This document shows, one piece after another, positions 9,342-19,952 of a DNA stretch of 64,000 nucleotides. The notes below the pieces were generated by a model. That model made no database searches. It saw only the letters and a program-made list of their open reading frames with translations, and had not been told where the DNA came from. Where the stretch lies: contig CAWEHK010000050.1 in NCBI GenBank assembly GCA_963808625.1, forward strand, positions 64,001 through 128,000, in the 5' to 3' direction. Source of the DNA: an uncultured delta proteobacterium (GTDB lineage Bacteria > Desulfobacterota > Syntrophobacteria > Syntrophobacterales > Syntrophobacteraceae). Position 1 is the stretch's first letter. Each line of letters opens with the position of its first letter. The translations under genes and the position numbers were made by a program.

Positions 9342-11191
9342 GTGACAACACGACAGATCCTCCTTGGAAATGAAGCAATCGCCCACGGTCTTCTGGAGTC
9401 CGCCTGCACCATGGCGACCTCCTATCCGGGAACGCCGGCTTCCGAAGTCCTGGGCGCCCTGGTAAAATTGAAGAAGCAACATGATTTGAAGCTTCATCTG
9501 GAATGGTCCGTGAACGAGAAGGTGGCCTTCGAGGTAGCCCTGGCCAACAGCTTCGCGGGCCGACGGTCAGCGGTGATCATGAAACAGGTGGGCCTCAATG
9601 TCGCTGCCGATCCCCTGATGAGCGCCGCCTATACGGGGGTAAAGGGCGGCTTTGTCGTGGTCGTGGCCGACGACCCCGGACCTCATAGCTCACAAACCGA
9701 GCAGGACAGCCGCTTCCTGGCCATGGCCGCCAAGCTGCCCGTGCTCGATCCATCCTCGCCGGCCGAAGCCCGGGATTTCATCGACCGGGCCATGAGGCTC
9801 TCCGAGAAGTACGAAATCCCGGTCATCCTGAGACCGACCACAAGGGTCTGCCATGCGCGTCAAGACATGGAACTGCGCCCCTTTGCCGAAAATGACCAGG
9901 TCCCATTGTTTGAAAAAGATCCGGCGAGATGGGCTGCGACGCCGAAGTTTCGGCTGCTCTTGCACCGCCGGTTGAACGAAAAGCTGGCAAAAGATCGCCC
10001 GCGACCCCGAATTCAGCCCATCCTTGTTGAATCAGGAAGAAATCGCGCCTTCCTTCCAGCCGCAGCCGCGGAGTTGCATCGTGGCTTCCGGTGTGGCCCT
10101 TGCCTACGCCCAGGAAATCCTTCTCGACCTGGGGCTCTGGGACAAGATACCGGTCTACAAGGCGCCCATGCCCTACCCTCTTGCGCCCGCTTTCCGCGAC
10201 GATCTGCTCGCGCTTTATGAGCGGATCCTGGTCCTGGAAGAATCCTATCCGGTGATCGAGCTCCAGTTCCAGGACCGAAAACGCGTGTTTGGCCGCACCA
10301 CGGGAACCGTCCCGGCTTCCGGAGAGCTCCTCCCGGAGGTTGTGGAAGCCGTCCTTCGAGGATTCTTCCAGCTTTCTCCAGCACCACCCATTGCCGCTCC
10401 CGGTTCTCCCGGCCGGCGCCCCACCCTTTGCGCCGGTTGTCCCCATCGCGCCGCGTTTTTCGCGATCAAGAAGGCTTTTCCCAAGGGCGTGTATCCCAGC
10501 GACATCGGCTGTTACACGCTCGGTCTCAACCTCGGGGTCGTGGATACGGTGCTCTGCATGGGCGCCTCCATCAGCCAGGCCTCCGGTTTTTATCATGCCT
10601 ACCAGGCGAACCGTGAGGACGCTCCCGCAATTTGCGCGACCATCGGGGATTCCACCTTCTTCCACGCGGGCATCCCGGCGCTGATCAACGCGGTCGTGCA
10701 GGGGTCTCGATTTGTGCTGGTTATTCTCGATAACAGCACCACCGCCATGACCGGCCATCAACCTACCCCGGCTTCCGGGAAAACGCTCGATGGCGTGCCC
10801 TGTTCCAAAGCTCTCCATCCCGGCCCTCGTTCGCGCCTGCGGCGTCGGCTTCGTGGCCGAAGAAGATCCCTATCGAATGGAAGCGATGATCGCGCTGCTC
10901 AAGAAAGCCAAAAAACACACTCAGGCCAAGAAAGGCGGGATCGCCGTGGTCGTGGCCAAACGTCCCTGCCTGATGGACCGAAGCCAGGCTGAATCCTGGA
11001 CCCGGAAACCGGTCACCGTAACGGCACAATGCAAAGGCTGCGGCTTTTGCATCCAACAGTTCGAATGCCCGGCCCTGCAGTCCCAGGGAAAGAAGCAACC
11101 CATCCGCATCGATCAGGCCCTTTGTTCAGGCTGTGGCCTTTGTGTGGTTGTGTGTCCGCATAAGGGGTTGAAGAGAGTGGCTGGTGGTTAG
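9342..11191 (+). CDS. iorA: Indolepyruvate:ferredoxin oxidoreductase alpha subunit, frameshifted near 9990 and 10805
   Basis: LLGNEAIA, YPGTPASE, NEKVAFE, DDPGPHSSQTEQD, CAGCPHR, DIGCYTL, GDSTFFH...DNSTTAMTG, and two C-terminal 4Fe-4S motifs. Confidence 0.92.
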
Positions 11192-11275
11192 TGATGAGTG
11201 ATGAGTAATGAGTGATGAGTAATGAGTAATGAGTGGATGAGTGATGAGTAACGGGTGAAGAGTAAGAGTGAAGTG
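11190..11275. repeat. Heptamer tandem array (GTGATGA/GTAATGA)n
   Basis: Begins at the iorA stop codon. Confidence 0.85.
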
Positions 11276-11301
11276 AGGGTGGGCTGAGAAACGAGGTGAC
11301 A

Positions 11302-11822
11302 ATGCAGCAGATCATCGTAAGTGGGATTGGGGGGCAGGGGGTGCTCTTTGTGACGCGGCTCCTTGCCGAGACCGCTGTGGCGCTGGGGCATTCGGTGCTG
11401 ATTTCCGAGACCCACGGGATGGCGCAGCGCGGGGGCAACGTTATCAGCCATCTCAAGGTGGGGAGCCTCCGTACCGCCAGTCCTCTCATCCGACCCGGTC
11501 GAGCGGATGTCTTTCTTGGTCTCCATCCGGATGCCTTTCAGGTGCACGGGTTTTACCTGAAACCTGGAAGGCAAGGCCTTCTGCAATGCGGCTCAGCAAG
11601 ATTCAGAAGCACACGATCGATGCCATTCGCATCGCTACGGAACTGGGCTCGCCCGTTTCCGCCAACCTCGTGCTGCTGGGATTTGCAGCGTCATCAGGGC
11701 TGCTGTTCTGCAAGCCGGAGGACCTCGAACGACAAATCATGAGCTACGGCGGAAAGCGCCAGGAAATCAACCTCAAGGCGCTGCGTGCAGGAGTCAAAGC
11801 ATACCCGCAAGACCAAGATTAG
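11302..11822 (+). CDS. iorB: Indolepyruvate:ferredoxin oxidoreductase beta subunit, frameshifted
   Basis: SGIGGQG, ETHGMAQRGG, ANLVLLG, INLKAL. Confidence 0.88.
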
Positions 11823-11836
11823 AGCATGACGGAGAA

Positions 11837-11864
11837 TTTGGCAGGCTGGAAAGCCTGCCCCACA
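11837..11864. repeat. REP-like palindrome GGCAGGCTGGAAAGCCTGCCCCACA (second copy at 50493)
   Basis: Hairpin; 27/28 identical to 50493-50520. Confidence 0.7.
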
Positions 11865-11872
11865 TCTTTCAA

Positions 11873-11910
11873 TCACTGACCACTGATCACTAACCACTAG
11901 CTAACCACTG
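11873..11910. repeat. Heptamer array (CACTGAC/CACTAAC)n
   Basis: Read directly, upstream of livH. Confidence 0.75.
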
Positions 11911-11919
11911 GTTTTACCC

Positions 11920-12801
11920 ATGCTGCTGCGTCTTTTTCCGCAATTCTTTATCTCCGGCATCACCAACGGCAGCATTTATGCGCTCATTGCCCTGGGATAC
12001 TGTCTCATCCAGAATGCCACCGGGCTGGTGAATTTTGCCCAGGGCGATTTTGTCATGATTGGTGCGATGCTGATGATCACCCTCTACCAGGTGGTTCATC
12101 TGCCCATGCCCCTGGCCTTTATCCTTGCCACGGGAACGGTTGCGGTCGTCGGCATGGCGCTCGAACAGGGGCCGCTCAAACATTCCAGAAACCGCGACAT
12201 TCTCTCGCTCGTAATGATCACCATCGGCGCCTCGATATCCTTCCGTGGGGCCTCGATGCTGATCTGGGGGAAGAACGCCCACACCCTCGCGCCCCTTGGA
12301 GGAGACACTCCGATTCTGTTTCTGAACGCGGCCATCCTCCCGCAGTCGCTCTGGATGCTGATTATCTCCCTGATCGTTTTGGGGATACTGTACTTGTTCT
12401 TTCACCGCACCCTCGTGGGCAAAGCCATGCGGGCGGCCGCCGACAACCCCTTCGGCGCCGTTCTTATCGGCATTTCCGTGCGGCGGATTGTCGCCCTGGC
12501 CTTCGCCCTGAGCGGCGCCCTCGGGGCGCTGGCCGGCATCCTGATTGCCCCGATCACCAGTATGAGCTACGACGGCGGCTTGATGCTCGGTCTGAAAGGC
12601 TTCGCCGCCGCCATCCTGGGAGGGTACGGAAGCGTTCTCGGCGCGGTCGTCGGGGGGCTCACCCTCGGCGTCCTGGAAGCCCTCGGGGCCGGTTACATCT
12701 CGTCGGAATCCAAGGATGCCTTTGCCTTTCTCATTCTGCTCTTCGTGCTTTTCGTGAAACCTTCCGGCCTGTTCGGACAGGTCGGCGTGCGCAGGCTTTG
12801 A
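11920..12801 (+). CDS. livH: Branched-chain amino acid-type ABC permease (LivH-like)
   Basis: GSIYALIALG, VNFAQG, GKAMRAAADN, KGFAAAILGG. Confidence 0.9.
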   Translation: MLLRLFPQFFISGITNGSIYALIALGYCLIQNATGLVNFAQGDFVMIGAMLMITLYQVVHLPMPLAFILATGTVAVVGMALEQGPLKHSRNRDILSLVMITIGASISFRGASMLIWGKNAHTLAPLGGDTPILFLNAAILPQSLWMLIISLIVLGILYLFFHRTLVGKAMRAAADNPFGAVLIGISVRRIVALAFALSGALGALAGILIAPITSMSYDGGLMLGLKGFAAAILGGYGSVLGAVVGGLTLGVLEALGAGYISSESKDAFAFLILLFVLFVKPSGLFGQVGVRRL

Positions 12802-12994
12802 TGAAGACCGCGCGAAAACAGACTAGGCAACGTCAATACGGCGAATCTTCATGGTGCCGGAATTTACACCATTTTTCCACGAAGAGTCACGGAGATCGCA
12901 AGAAGTATTGGTGGTTTCTCTCTTGGGGTCTCTCTTGCATGTGCATTCTGTGGATGAAGAAGAGACTTCGTGTAAGATATAAATACTGTCAAGA

Positions 12995-14893
12995 TTGCTG
13001 ATTGACGTGGAAACCCTGAGAACAAAATCATCGTCCTCCGAAGAGCACTCCCTCGTCCTCATCCCCAAGGACTGGCGGGCATTGGTTTTGTTGGCCTCGG
13101 CGGTATGGCTCCTTCCGTACCTTCTTCACAACGACTATTTCCTGCTCCTTTTCAATGTCATGGCCCTCAATGCCATGGTGGTGCTCGGGCTCAATCTGCT
13201 CATCGGCTCCACCGGCCAGGTCTCTCTCGGGCATGCGGCATTTTATGGCATGGGGGCCTATCTCTCCGCCATTGCCAGCACGACCTGGCAGTGGCCCCTT
13301 GCTGCGGCGCTTGCCTTCGCCATCCTCGTGGTGGGGGCCACCAGTTTTCTCCTGGCCTTGCCGACCCTCAGGCTGGAAGGCCATTACCTGGTCATGGCCA
13401 CCCTGGGATTCAATATCATCGTGAGCATTCTCCTTGGCCATTTTGAAGGAGTCACGGGCGGGCCTTCGGGGTTTCCCGGCATCCCCAGGCTGCACCTCGG
13501 GTCGCTTACGCTCGCCACCGATCGCAGCTTTTACTATTTCGTCTGGACCCTCTTCCTGGTTGTCTTCGCCCTGACCACCAACCTGACCAACTCGCGCATC
13601 GGCCGGGCGCTGCAATCCATTCACGAAAGGGAATTAACCGCCCAGGCCCTGGGCATTCCATCGCACCGCTACAAGGTCGCCACTTTTGTCCTGAGCGCCC
13701 TCTATGCCGCAGTGGCCGGGTTCTGCTATGCTCATTACGTCACCTTCATCAGTCCCAAGACCTTCGATATCTTTTACTCGGTGCAGATCGTAACCATGGT
13801 GGTTGTGGGAGGCATGGGAAGCATCTGGGGAGGGCTGGCCGGCACGGCGCTGCTTACTGCTCTGCCCGAAGTGCTGCACCGTTTTGAAGACCTCCACGTC
13901 CTCTTTTACGGCCTGATCCTCACGGGGGTCCTGGTCTTCTGCCCGCAGGGGCTGGTCCCGACACTTATGCGCGCAGCGCGCTCCGCAATGCGCGCCAGGG
14001 TGCGGCCCGTTCCGAGAAAAGCGGAGCCATCAAGGGCTGGGCTTTTCGATCAATCCGCTCACAGCTTGGCGCCTTCCGGTCATCCCGGAGGCGCGTCGGG
14101 CGCCTTCTCCAACCCTGAAACCGCCCCACCGTTGCTGACCGTCGAAGAGGTTTCCATGAATTTTGGGGGCCTGCAGGCGCTCCACGATATCAGCCTGAGC
14201 GTCCATCCGGGTGAGATCGTGGCCCTCATCGGTCCGAACGGTGCCGGCAAAACCACGCTTCTTAACATCATTTCGGGACTGCTCAGGCCCCAGGAAGGGA
14301 GTGTTGTGTTGCAGGGGGCGGCGCTCACGAGACTCGCGCCTCACCAGATTGCCGCCGCCGGTATTGGCCGCACCTTCCAGGCAACCCAGATTTATCAGCA
14401 TTTTAATGTGCTCGAAAACGTGCTTCTGGGGCTCCATGGGCATGGTCGGTCCGGTATTTTCGCGGCGTATTTTCACACCCCGGGGGAGCGCCGGGAGGAA
14501 CGCGAGCTCCGGACGCGGGCCCTGGGCCTTCTTGAAGCATTCAAGATGGCCGACAAGGCGCTCTTGCCGTCCCAGGAACTCAGTCTCTTCGAGCACAAGC
14601 TGCTCGAGTTGGCGCGGGCCCTGGCGCTCTCCCCCCGGGTGCTGCTCCTGGATGAGCCGGTGGGCGGCCTGAACCCGAGGGAGAGCGAAGCGCTGGTCGC
14701 GTATGTCTCAGGCCTGCGCCGGGATGGTCTCGGGATCATTCTGGTCGAACACGATATGAACGTGGTCATGAGCCTTGCCGATCGCGTGGTGGTGCTCCAG
14801 AATGGCTGCAAGATCGCCTCGGGAACACCCCGGGAAATTCAGCAAGACCCGAAGGTCATTGCTGCTTACCTGGGAAACAGGAGGCGCAGGTAA
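12995..14893 (+). CDS. Fused LivM permease and LivG ATPase
   Basis: GQVSLGHAAFYG permease half, then GPNGAGKTT and LLLDEP. Start probably slightly downstream (GTG near 13007). Confidence 0.88.
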   Translation: MLIDVETLRTKSSSSEEHSLVLIPKDWRALVLLASAVWLLPYLLHNDYFLLLFNVMALNAMVVLGLNLLIGSTGQVSLGHAAFYGMGAYLSAIASTTWQWPLAAALAFAILVVGATSFLLALPTLRLEGHYLVMATLGFNIIVSILLGHFEGVTGGPSGFPGIPRLHLGSLTLATDRSFYYFVWTLFLVVFALTTNLTNSRIGRALQSIHERELTAQALGIPSHRYKVATFVLSALYAAVAGFCYAHYVTFISPKTFDIFYSVQIVTMVVVGGMGSIWGGLAGTALLTALPEVLHRFEDLHVLFYGLILTGVLVFCPQGLVPTLMRAARSAMRARVRPVPRKAEPSRAGLFDQSAHSLAPSGHPGGASGAFSNPETAPPLLTVEEVSMNFGGLQALHDISLSVHPGEIVALIGPNGAGKTTLLNIISGLLRPQEGSVVLQGAALTRLAPHQIAAAGIGRTFQATQIYQHFNVLENVLLGLHGHGRSGIFAAYFHTPGERREERELRTRALGLLEAFKMADKALLPSQELSLFEHKLLELARALALSPRVLLLDEPVGGLNPRESEALVAYVSGLRRDGLGIILVEHDMNVVMSLADRVVVLQNGCKIASGTPREIQQDPKVIAAYLGNRRRR

Positions 14894-15041
14894 CAACCAG
14901 GATATGATCGTGGCCTTTTTCATGCTTCTCATGCTTTTAATGTTTTTGATCTTTTCCGTGTTTTCCGTGTTGTTCCGTGGTGAAAAAGAGAACTGTTCGC
15001 CACCCCTGGAATCGAACTGATGTGCGGAGGGCTGTAGACAT

Positions 15042-15767
15042 TTGCTAAGAGTTCAAGGGCTGTCGGCTCGATACGGGACCATCCAGGTTTTGCGCCGCGT
15101 GACTTTCCACGTCGCACCGGGGGAAGTGGTCGCCCTGATCGGCTCCAATGGCGCCGGGAAGAGCACCCTGCTGCGGGTCATAAGCGGGCTCCACCGGCCG
15201 TCGGAAGGGGCGGTCGAATTCAGCGGAGCTCCCATCCACCAGACGGCGCCGGAACGCATCGTCCACCTGGGGCTCGTGCAGGTCCCGGAAGCGAGGCAGC
15301 TCTTCCCGAACCTTACCGTTCTCGAAAACCTCGAGCTGGGTGGCTACCTTTTCGGCCGCAAGCACATTGCCGAACATCGGGAAAAAATGTTTGCACTCTT
15401 TCCGATCCTTGCCGACCGGCAGCGGCAAAAGGCCGGGACGCTGAGCGGCGGCGAACAGCAGATGCTTTCCATTGCCCGCGCCCTCATGGCCAAACCACGC
15501 CTTCTGCTTCTGGACGAACCATCCCTCGGGCTTGCTCCGCTTGTGGTTGAGGAAATCTACCGCACGCTTCAGGCACTCCATGCGCAGGGGACGACAATCC
15601 TGCTGGTGGAGCAAAACGCCATGGGGGCCCTGGAAATTGCGGAACGCGCATACGTTTTGGAAACCGGCCGCATCGTCCTTTCCGGCAAAGCGAGTGAACT
15701 GATGGAGCATGACGATGTGCAGAGGGCCTACCTGGGAAGAGACTACCAGTATAAATGGGAACGATAG
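15042..15767 (+). CDS. livF: ABC ATPase (LivF-like)
   Basis: GSNGAGKST, LSGGEQQM, DEPSLGLAP. Confidence 0.92.
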   Translation: MLRVQGLSARYGTIQVLRRVTFHVAPGEVVALIGSNGAGKSTLLRVISGLHRPSEGAVEFSGAPIHQTAPERIVHLGLVQVPEARQLFPNLTVLENLELGGYLFGRKHIAEHREKMFALFPILADRQRQKAGTLSGGEQQMLSIARALMAKPRLLLLDEPSLGLAPLVVEEIYRTLQALHAQGTTILLVEQNAMGALEIAERAYVLETGRIVLSGKASELMEHDDVQRAYLGRDYQYKWER

Positions 15768-15822
15768 AGGGTAATGTTATTGAATTGTTAATTCAACAGC
15801 ATTGACGATAGAGGGAGACCCC

Positions 15823-17140
15823 ATGGCGCAAGGATGGAGCGGTTACCGGTCACGCGAGGAGACCCGCCGGCTGCAGATGGAACAGTTGCAGATGACGCTT
15901 AACCGGGCCTATTTCAACGTCGACTTCTACCGCCGACGCATGGACGGCCTCGGCCTTCTGCCCGAGGATGTGGCGACCGCCGACGAGCTCAGCCGCTTTC
16001 CCTTCACCACGCGGCAGGACCTGGCGGAACACTACCCCTATGGGCTTTTTGCCGAGCCGTTGAAGAGCATCGTCCGCCTGAAAATCAGCAACCCGGCGTG
16101 GCTCGATCAGCACCGGCCCATCGTCGATCGGCTTTACCCGCCATGACGCGGCCATGTGGCAAGCGCTGATGGTACGGCTCTATCAGCAACTGGGGATGAC
16201 CGAGCGGGACATTGTGCAGGTAGCCTTCAATTTCAGTCTCTTTCCAGGGGCCTTCACGTTCAATCACGCCGCCGAAAGCCTCGGGGCGACGCTGGCGCCT
16301 TCGGCCACCATTTCGGCCACGCTGCAGTTGCAGATCATGCAGGACTTTCGCTCGACAGTCCTGGCCACGACGGCGGCCTTTGCGCTGCACCTGGCCGAAA
16401 CCATGGAACGCCAGAGTTTAGAAGCCTCGAGCCTGTACTTGCGGCATATTCTGCTGGGGCCGGACCCCCTCGCTGAAGACACCCGCCAACGACTCGAATC
16501 CGCGTTCCAGATCCCGGTGTATGGGCTCTACGGGGTAAGCGAGATGGTAGAACCGGGGGTGGCTGGGGAGTGCCCTGCCAAAGAGGGGCTGCACCTTGCC
16601 GAAGATCAATTCCTCGCCGAGCTCGTCCATCCGACGACCGGTGAACCGGTCGCGCCGGGCCACGAAGGCGAGCTCGTGCTCACGACCCTCACCACCGAGG
16701 CCTATCCGCTCATCCGCTATCGGACCGGGGACATTACCGTACTCAGGGAGGCACCCTGCGCCTGCGGGCGCACTTCAGCGCGGCTCGCCCCGATTCTTCG
16801 CCGCACCGACAATCGCATCTCGATCCGCGGCATTCCGCTCTACCCGGAACAGGTCGAAGCCCTGTTGCGCGCCATTGATCCCCTGCTTGAGGATTTTCGA
16901 CTGGTTGTCTACACGAGTCACGGTATCGGCGAGCAGCTCGAGATTTTCCTGGTGAGGCCTGCAAGTCAGGATTTTCCCGGCGGCAGCCGTTCGCAGTATC
17001 TGGATCTGGCGCGAAGCCACATTCGGCGCGCCTTGGGCCTTGGCGCCCGCGTCCAGATTGTTGACGCCGAGCACCTGCCCAAAGAGGGATTGACTTACAA
17101 GACCGTGTTCAGGAGCACCGCGTCGGTTCACCAGCCGTGA
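15823..17140 (+). CDS. Phenylacetate-CoA ligase-like protein with degenerate catalytic motifs, frameshifted near 16125
   Basis: YPYGLFA, YGVSE, GELVLTTL..EAYPLIRYRTGD, CACGRT; lacks SSGTTG. Confidence 0.8.
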
Positions 17141-17436
17141 GCCATAAACGCAACATACGAGCATGTCTAGAACATGGGACTTCCTCATACTCAGACCTCC
17201 CGGTGGAGCGCCTCATTGCCATCACTGTCTCTCTGGAATCACTGTTTTTATACAATTGCATCCGCAATCCTGACGGGATATTGCGGGTCGGGGGTTCACC
17301 TAAACCAGGATACACTCCCACCTGGCGTTTCCACCGCGATGCTTCCGATGCATCTCAACAATTCTACCCTTGCCATGACAAGCCTTCAGCCATATAATCT
17401 TACTGGTAAGATAAATCTGCCATCAAGGAGAACAAC

Positions 17437-17700
17437 ATGCCAAACTTAGCTACCACTAAGATGTCTTCTAAAGGCCAAGTCGTTATTCCGGAAAGCATTC
17501 GCCATCGTCTAAAGTTGAAAGCCGGGTCACAATTTGTCGTCGTGGGTGAAAATGATGTAGTAATTCTCAAAGCTATTGCACCCCCATCAATGGAAGAGTT
17601 CGATGCCCTGATTGCCGAAGCCCGCAGTCAAGCCAGACAGGCTCGTTTGAGGAGAACGGATATAGCTGCTGCCGTCGCGAAAGTTCGGGGTCAGAAGTGA
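17437..17700 (+). CDS. AbrB/MazE/SpoVT-family antitoxin
   Basis: TTKMSSKGQVVIPESIR; AAGGAG RBS. Confidence 0.9.
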   Translation: MPNLATTKMSSKGQVVIPESIRHRLKLKAGSQFVVVGENDVVILKAIAPPSMEEFDALIAEARSQARQARLRRTDIAAAVAKVRGQK

Positions 17701-18128
17701 GAGTGGTGCTTGACACGAACGTCTTCATCTCAGGCGTCTTCTTTACCGGTCCTCCCTTTCGCATTCTCCAGGCATGGCGCGACGGCTTGCTGCAATTGGC
17801 AATCTCACCCGAAATACTCGATGAGTACCGACGTGTAGGCGAGGACCTGGCCAAGCAGTTCCCGGCAATTGACTTGCGGCCGATGATGGATTTCGTGACA
17901 GTTAAGGCAAAGATGTTCCCCGATAAGAAATTGAGTGCACCGGTTTGCCATGACCCCGATGATGACAAATTCATAGCCTGCGCACTTGCCAGCAAAAGCA
18001 AACTGATCGTAAGCGGGGACAAGCACTTATTGAAGGTATCAGGTTTTCGAGGAGTACGGGTCCTGAAGCCACGGGAATTTGTAGATACCTGCCTTGCCAA
18101 GAGCGATAAAGACGAACCAACGAAATAA
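17697..18128 (+). CDS. PIN-domain toxin (VapC-like)
   Basis: MRVVLDTNV, DPDDDKFIACA, IVSGDKHLL; GTGA overlap with the antitoxin. Confidence 0.9.
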   Translation: MRVVLDTNVFISGVFFTGPPFRILQAWRDGLLQLAISPEILDEYRRVGEDLAKQFPAIDLRPMMDFVTVKAKMFPDKKLSAPVCHDPDDDKFIACALASKSKLIVSGDKHLLKVSGFRGVRVLKPREFVDTCLAKSDKDEPTK

Positions 18129-18443
18129 ATACTGAGGAAATCATCGGGGCTTATCCCTACGCGGAGCAGACAGACATTCGGCAAGCCCTTCAATATGCTG
18201 CATGGCTGACCGAAGAGACTCTTCATCCGCTTGAGTTGCCTTCAGCATGAAGTTCTTGGCAGCTCCGGGCATTTCACCAAAGTCGGTTGTCTTCCTTTAA
18301 CCCACTTCAGCCAAAAGCCGCTGCACTGTAGCGGAAGAACAACACCGATGCCTCGTTTCCTGTGCACAATCCTGGCATCGGTCTGCAGGGACGTGAGTGC
18401 ACCGGACCCTGTACGGTGTTTCTTCGGCGGAACTTCTTCGGCT

Positions 18444-18459
18444 TGGCCGCAAATTTGCA
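18444..18459 (+). promoter_or_regulatory. Putative sigma54 -24/-12 promoter
   Basis: TGGCCGCAAATTTGCA (GG-N10-GC) about 85 nt upstream of the HMA2 gene. Confidence 0.55.
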
Positions 18460-18542
18460 AATTAAGAATCTTCCTGGGCCGTTTCCAGGCTCGGCTAATG
18501 GCCGGAAAAGCTTCCGCTCGGCTTGCGCAGCTGGAGGAGGAA

Positions 18543-18920
18543 ATGGAAATCAATGATTGCCTAAAGAATGAAGATATCATCGATACCGTCATCAGTTTGG
18601 CGCGTCATGTCGAAATCTGCCACCATATCCCGGGCAGAATCCGCCTGAAAATCTCCCCTTTCGCTCTCAACCTGATTGACAGAGCTGATATCGCTCGGAC
18701 AATTCATGCAATTCCAGGAGTGATGGACCAACGGATGAGTCCTCATGCCAGATCGATCGCCATCGAATATGACCGGAAACGCATGCCTTTTGATCTGTGG
18801 GAATTGCTGGGGCAGGTCAGACAGAGGCCTGAACTGGCAGCGGTGGCCGCCAGTCTCATGCGCTTTCTGTGGCACCACGAAGAACTCGGAGAACTTCGCT
18901 TCCCACCACCCGCTACGTAA
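18543..18920 (+). CDS. HMA2-domain protein
   Basis: HHIPGRIRLK...IPGV...ARSIAIEYD; GGAGG RBS. Confidence 0.75.
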   Translation: MEINDCLKNEDIIDTVISLARHVEICHHIPGRIRLKISPFALNLIDRADIARTIHAIPGVMDQRMSPHARSIAIEYDRKRMPFDLWELLGQVRQRPELAAVAASLMRFLWHHEELGELRFPPPAT

Positions 18921-19171
18921 AGAACATCACCGCAGGGCGCGCCGGGGTCGCCGAGGAGCCCTCCTCAATAAACTATTACTGCGGTAAGTCCTGGGTGACC
19001 CCCGCGGTGAAAAGAAATACCTTTAATCTCAGGCATGAAGTCGCTTTGACCTGCTGTTTCCGGCTTTTCTCTGATCACTATTCTCTAGGTAAATGCATGC
19101 CCGTTATTCGGAATCGCAAGCAAAAGAGCTGTTTTGGGGCCCTTGAACTTGTTCGTTGCCCATCAAAGTTA

Positions 19172-19201
19172 TTGACAAAACATAATCGATCGTGATACTC
19201 T
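19172..19201 (+). promoter_or_regulatory. Putative sigma70 promoter
   Basis: TTGACA-N18-TACTCT with an extended TG. Confidence 0.5.
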
Positions 19202-19232
19202 ATTCCCATAAATTCTCGATGGAGATTTTGAC

Positions 19233-19352
19233 ATGCTCACAATTACTGTATCCCCTACATACCAAGCCGTTATACCAAAAGCGAGAAGACAGGCATTGAA
19301 TCTTCGTCCTGGTCAAAAAATGCAGATTAATGAATATGGAGGGAAAAGCTAA
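19233..19352 (+). pseudogene. Truncated AbrB/MazE-like DNA-binding domain (39 aa)
   Basis: MLTITVSPTYQAVIPKARRQALNLRPGQKMQINEYGGKS*; GGAG RBS; TAATG overlap with the next gene. Confidence 0.65.
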
Positions 19353-19870
19353 TGGAGAGGACTGAAAGCGTTGTAATTCAAGTCGCCCCTGATTATGAGA
19401 ATGATAAAATTCGAGAAATGCAAATGTTTGGATGGAACCTTCAGAGCCGTCAAGAGATGCATGAGGAAGGAGATGCATACGGAAGACCAAGTATTACTGG
19501 GGGAAGCTACAAGGTAACTACAAAAGTTTTCAAGTACGTTAAACTTCACTTTGTCAGAAGCTTAGATTTACCTAACCTAAATAGAATAAAACAAATTGAA
19601 GATGAATTTTATAAATTACCATTTCCTAACACCCCATCATTTATTGGACCTCTAATTGTGATTGGTTTGGGTATTGTTGGATTCCTTTCTTCTATAAATA
19701 AACAAGGATCGGGTTTTGCTGAATTCGTAGTGTTTCCGCTAATACTAGTGGTACCAGGAGGCTTTTGGCTATTCTCCAGGATAAAGAAAAGGCAATCAAC
19801 TAGTAACATTTGCTCTGAGAGTTTAAAGAGACAGCAAGAACTAATAAATGATTTGCAATCATTGGCTTAG
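19352..19870 (+). CDS. Hypothetical AT-rich membrane protein (2 TM)
   Basis: 172-aa ORF with two hydrophobic segments; visibly lower GC than its flanks. Confidence 0.75.
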   Translation: MERTESVVIQVAPDYENDKIREMQMFGWNLQSRQEMHEEGDAYGRPSITGGSYKVTTKVFKYVKLHFVRSLDLPNLNRIKQIEDEFYKLPFPNTPSFIGPLIVIGLGIVGFLSSINKQGSGFAEFVVFPLILVVPGGFWLFSRIKKRQSTSNICSESLKRQQELINDLQSLA

Positions 19871-19952
19871 CAATAGTAACCGTTCACCACCTCTTGGCTA
19901 CTAAGGCACAAAGTCACAAAGATAACGATACTCCCCTGAATGGTTACACGGC

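Noticed and set aside
12798..13001. 67-aa ORF between livH and the livMG fusion
   Set aside because: It overlaps a degenerate 9-mer inverted repeat and has a non-protein-like composition. The start overlaps the livH stop, so it is not fully excluded.
12995..14893. LivM-LivG fusion as a novelty
   Set aside because: Permease-ATPase fusions are common in this ABC family.
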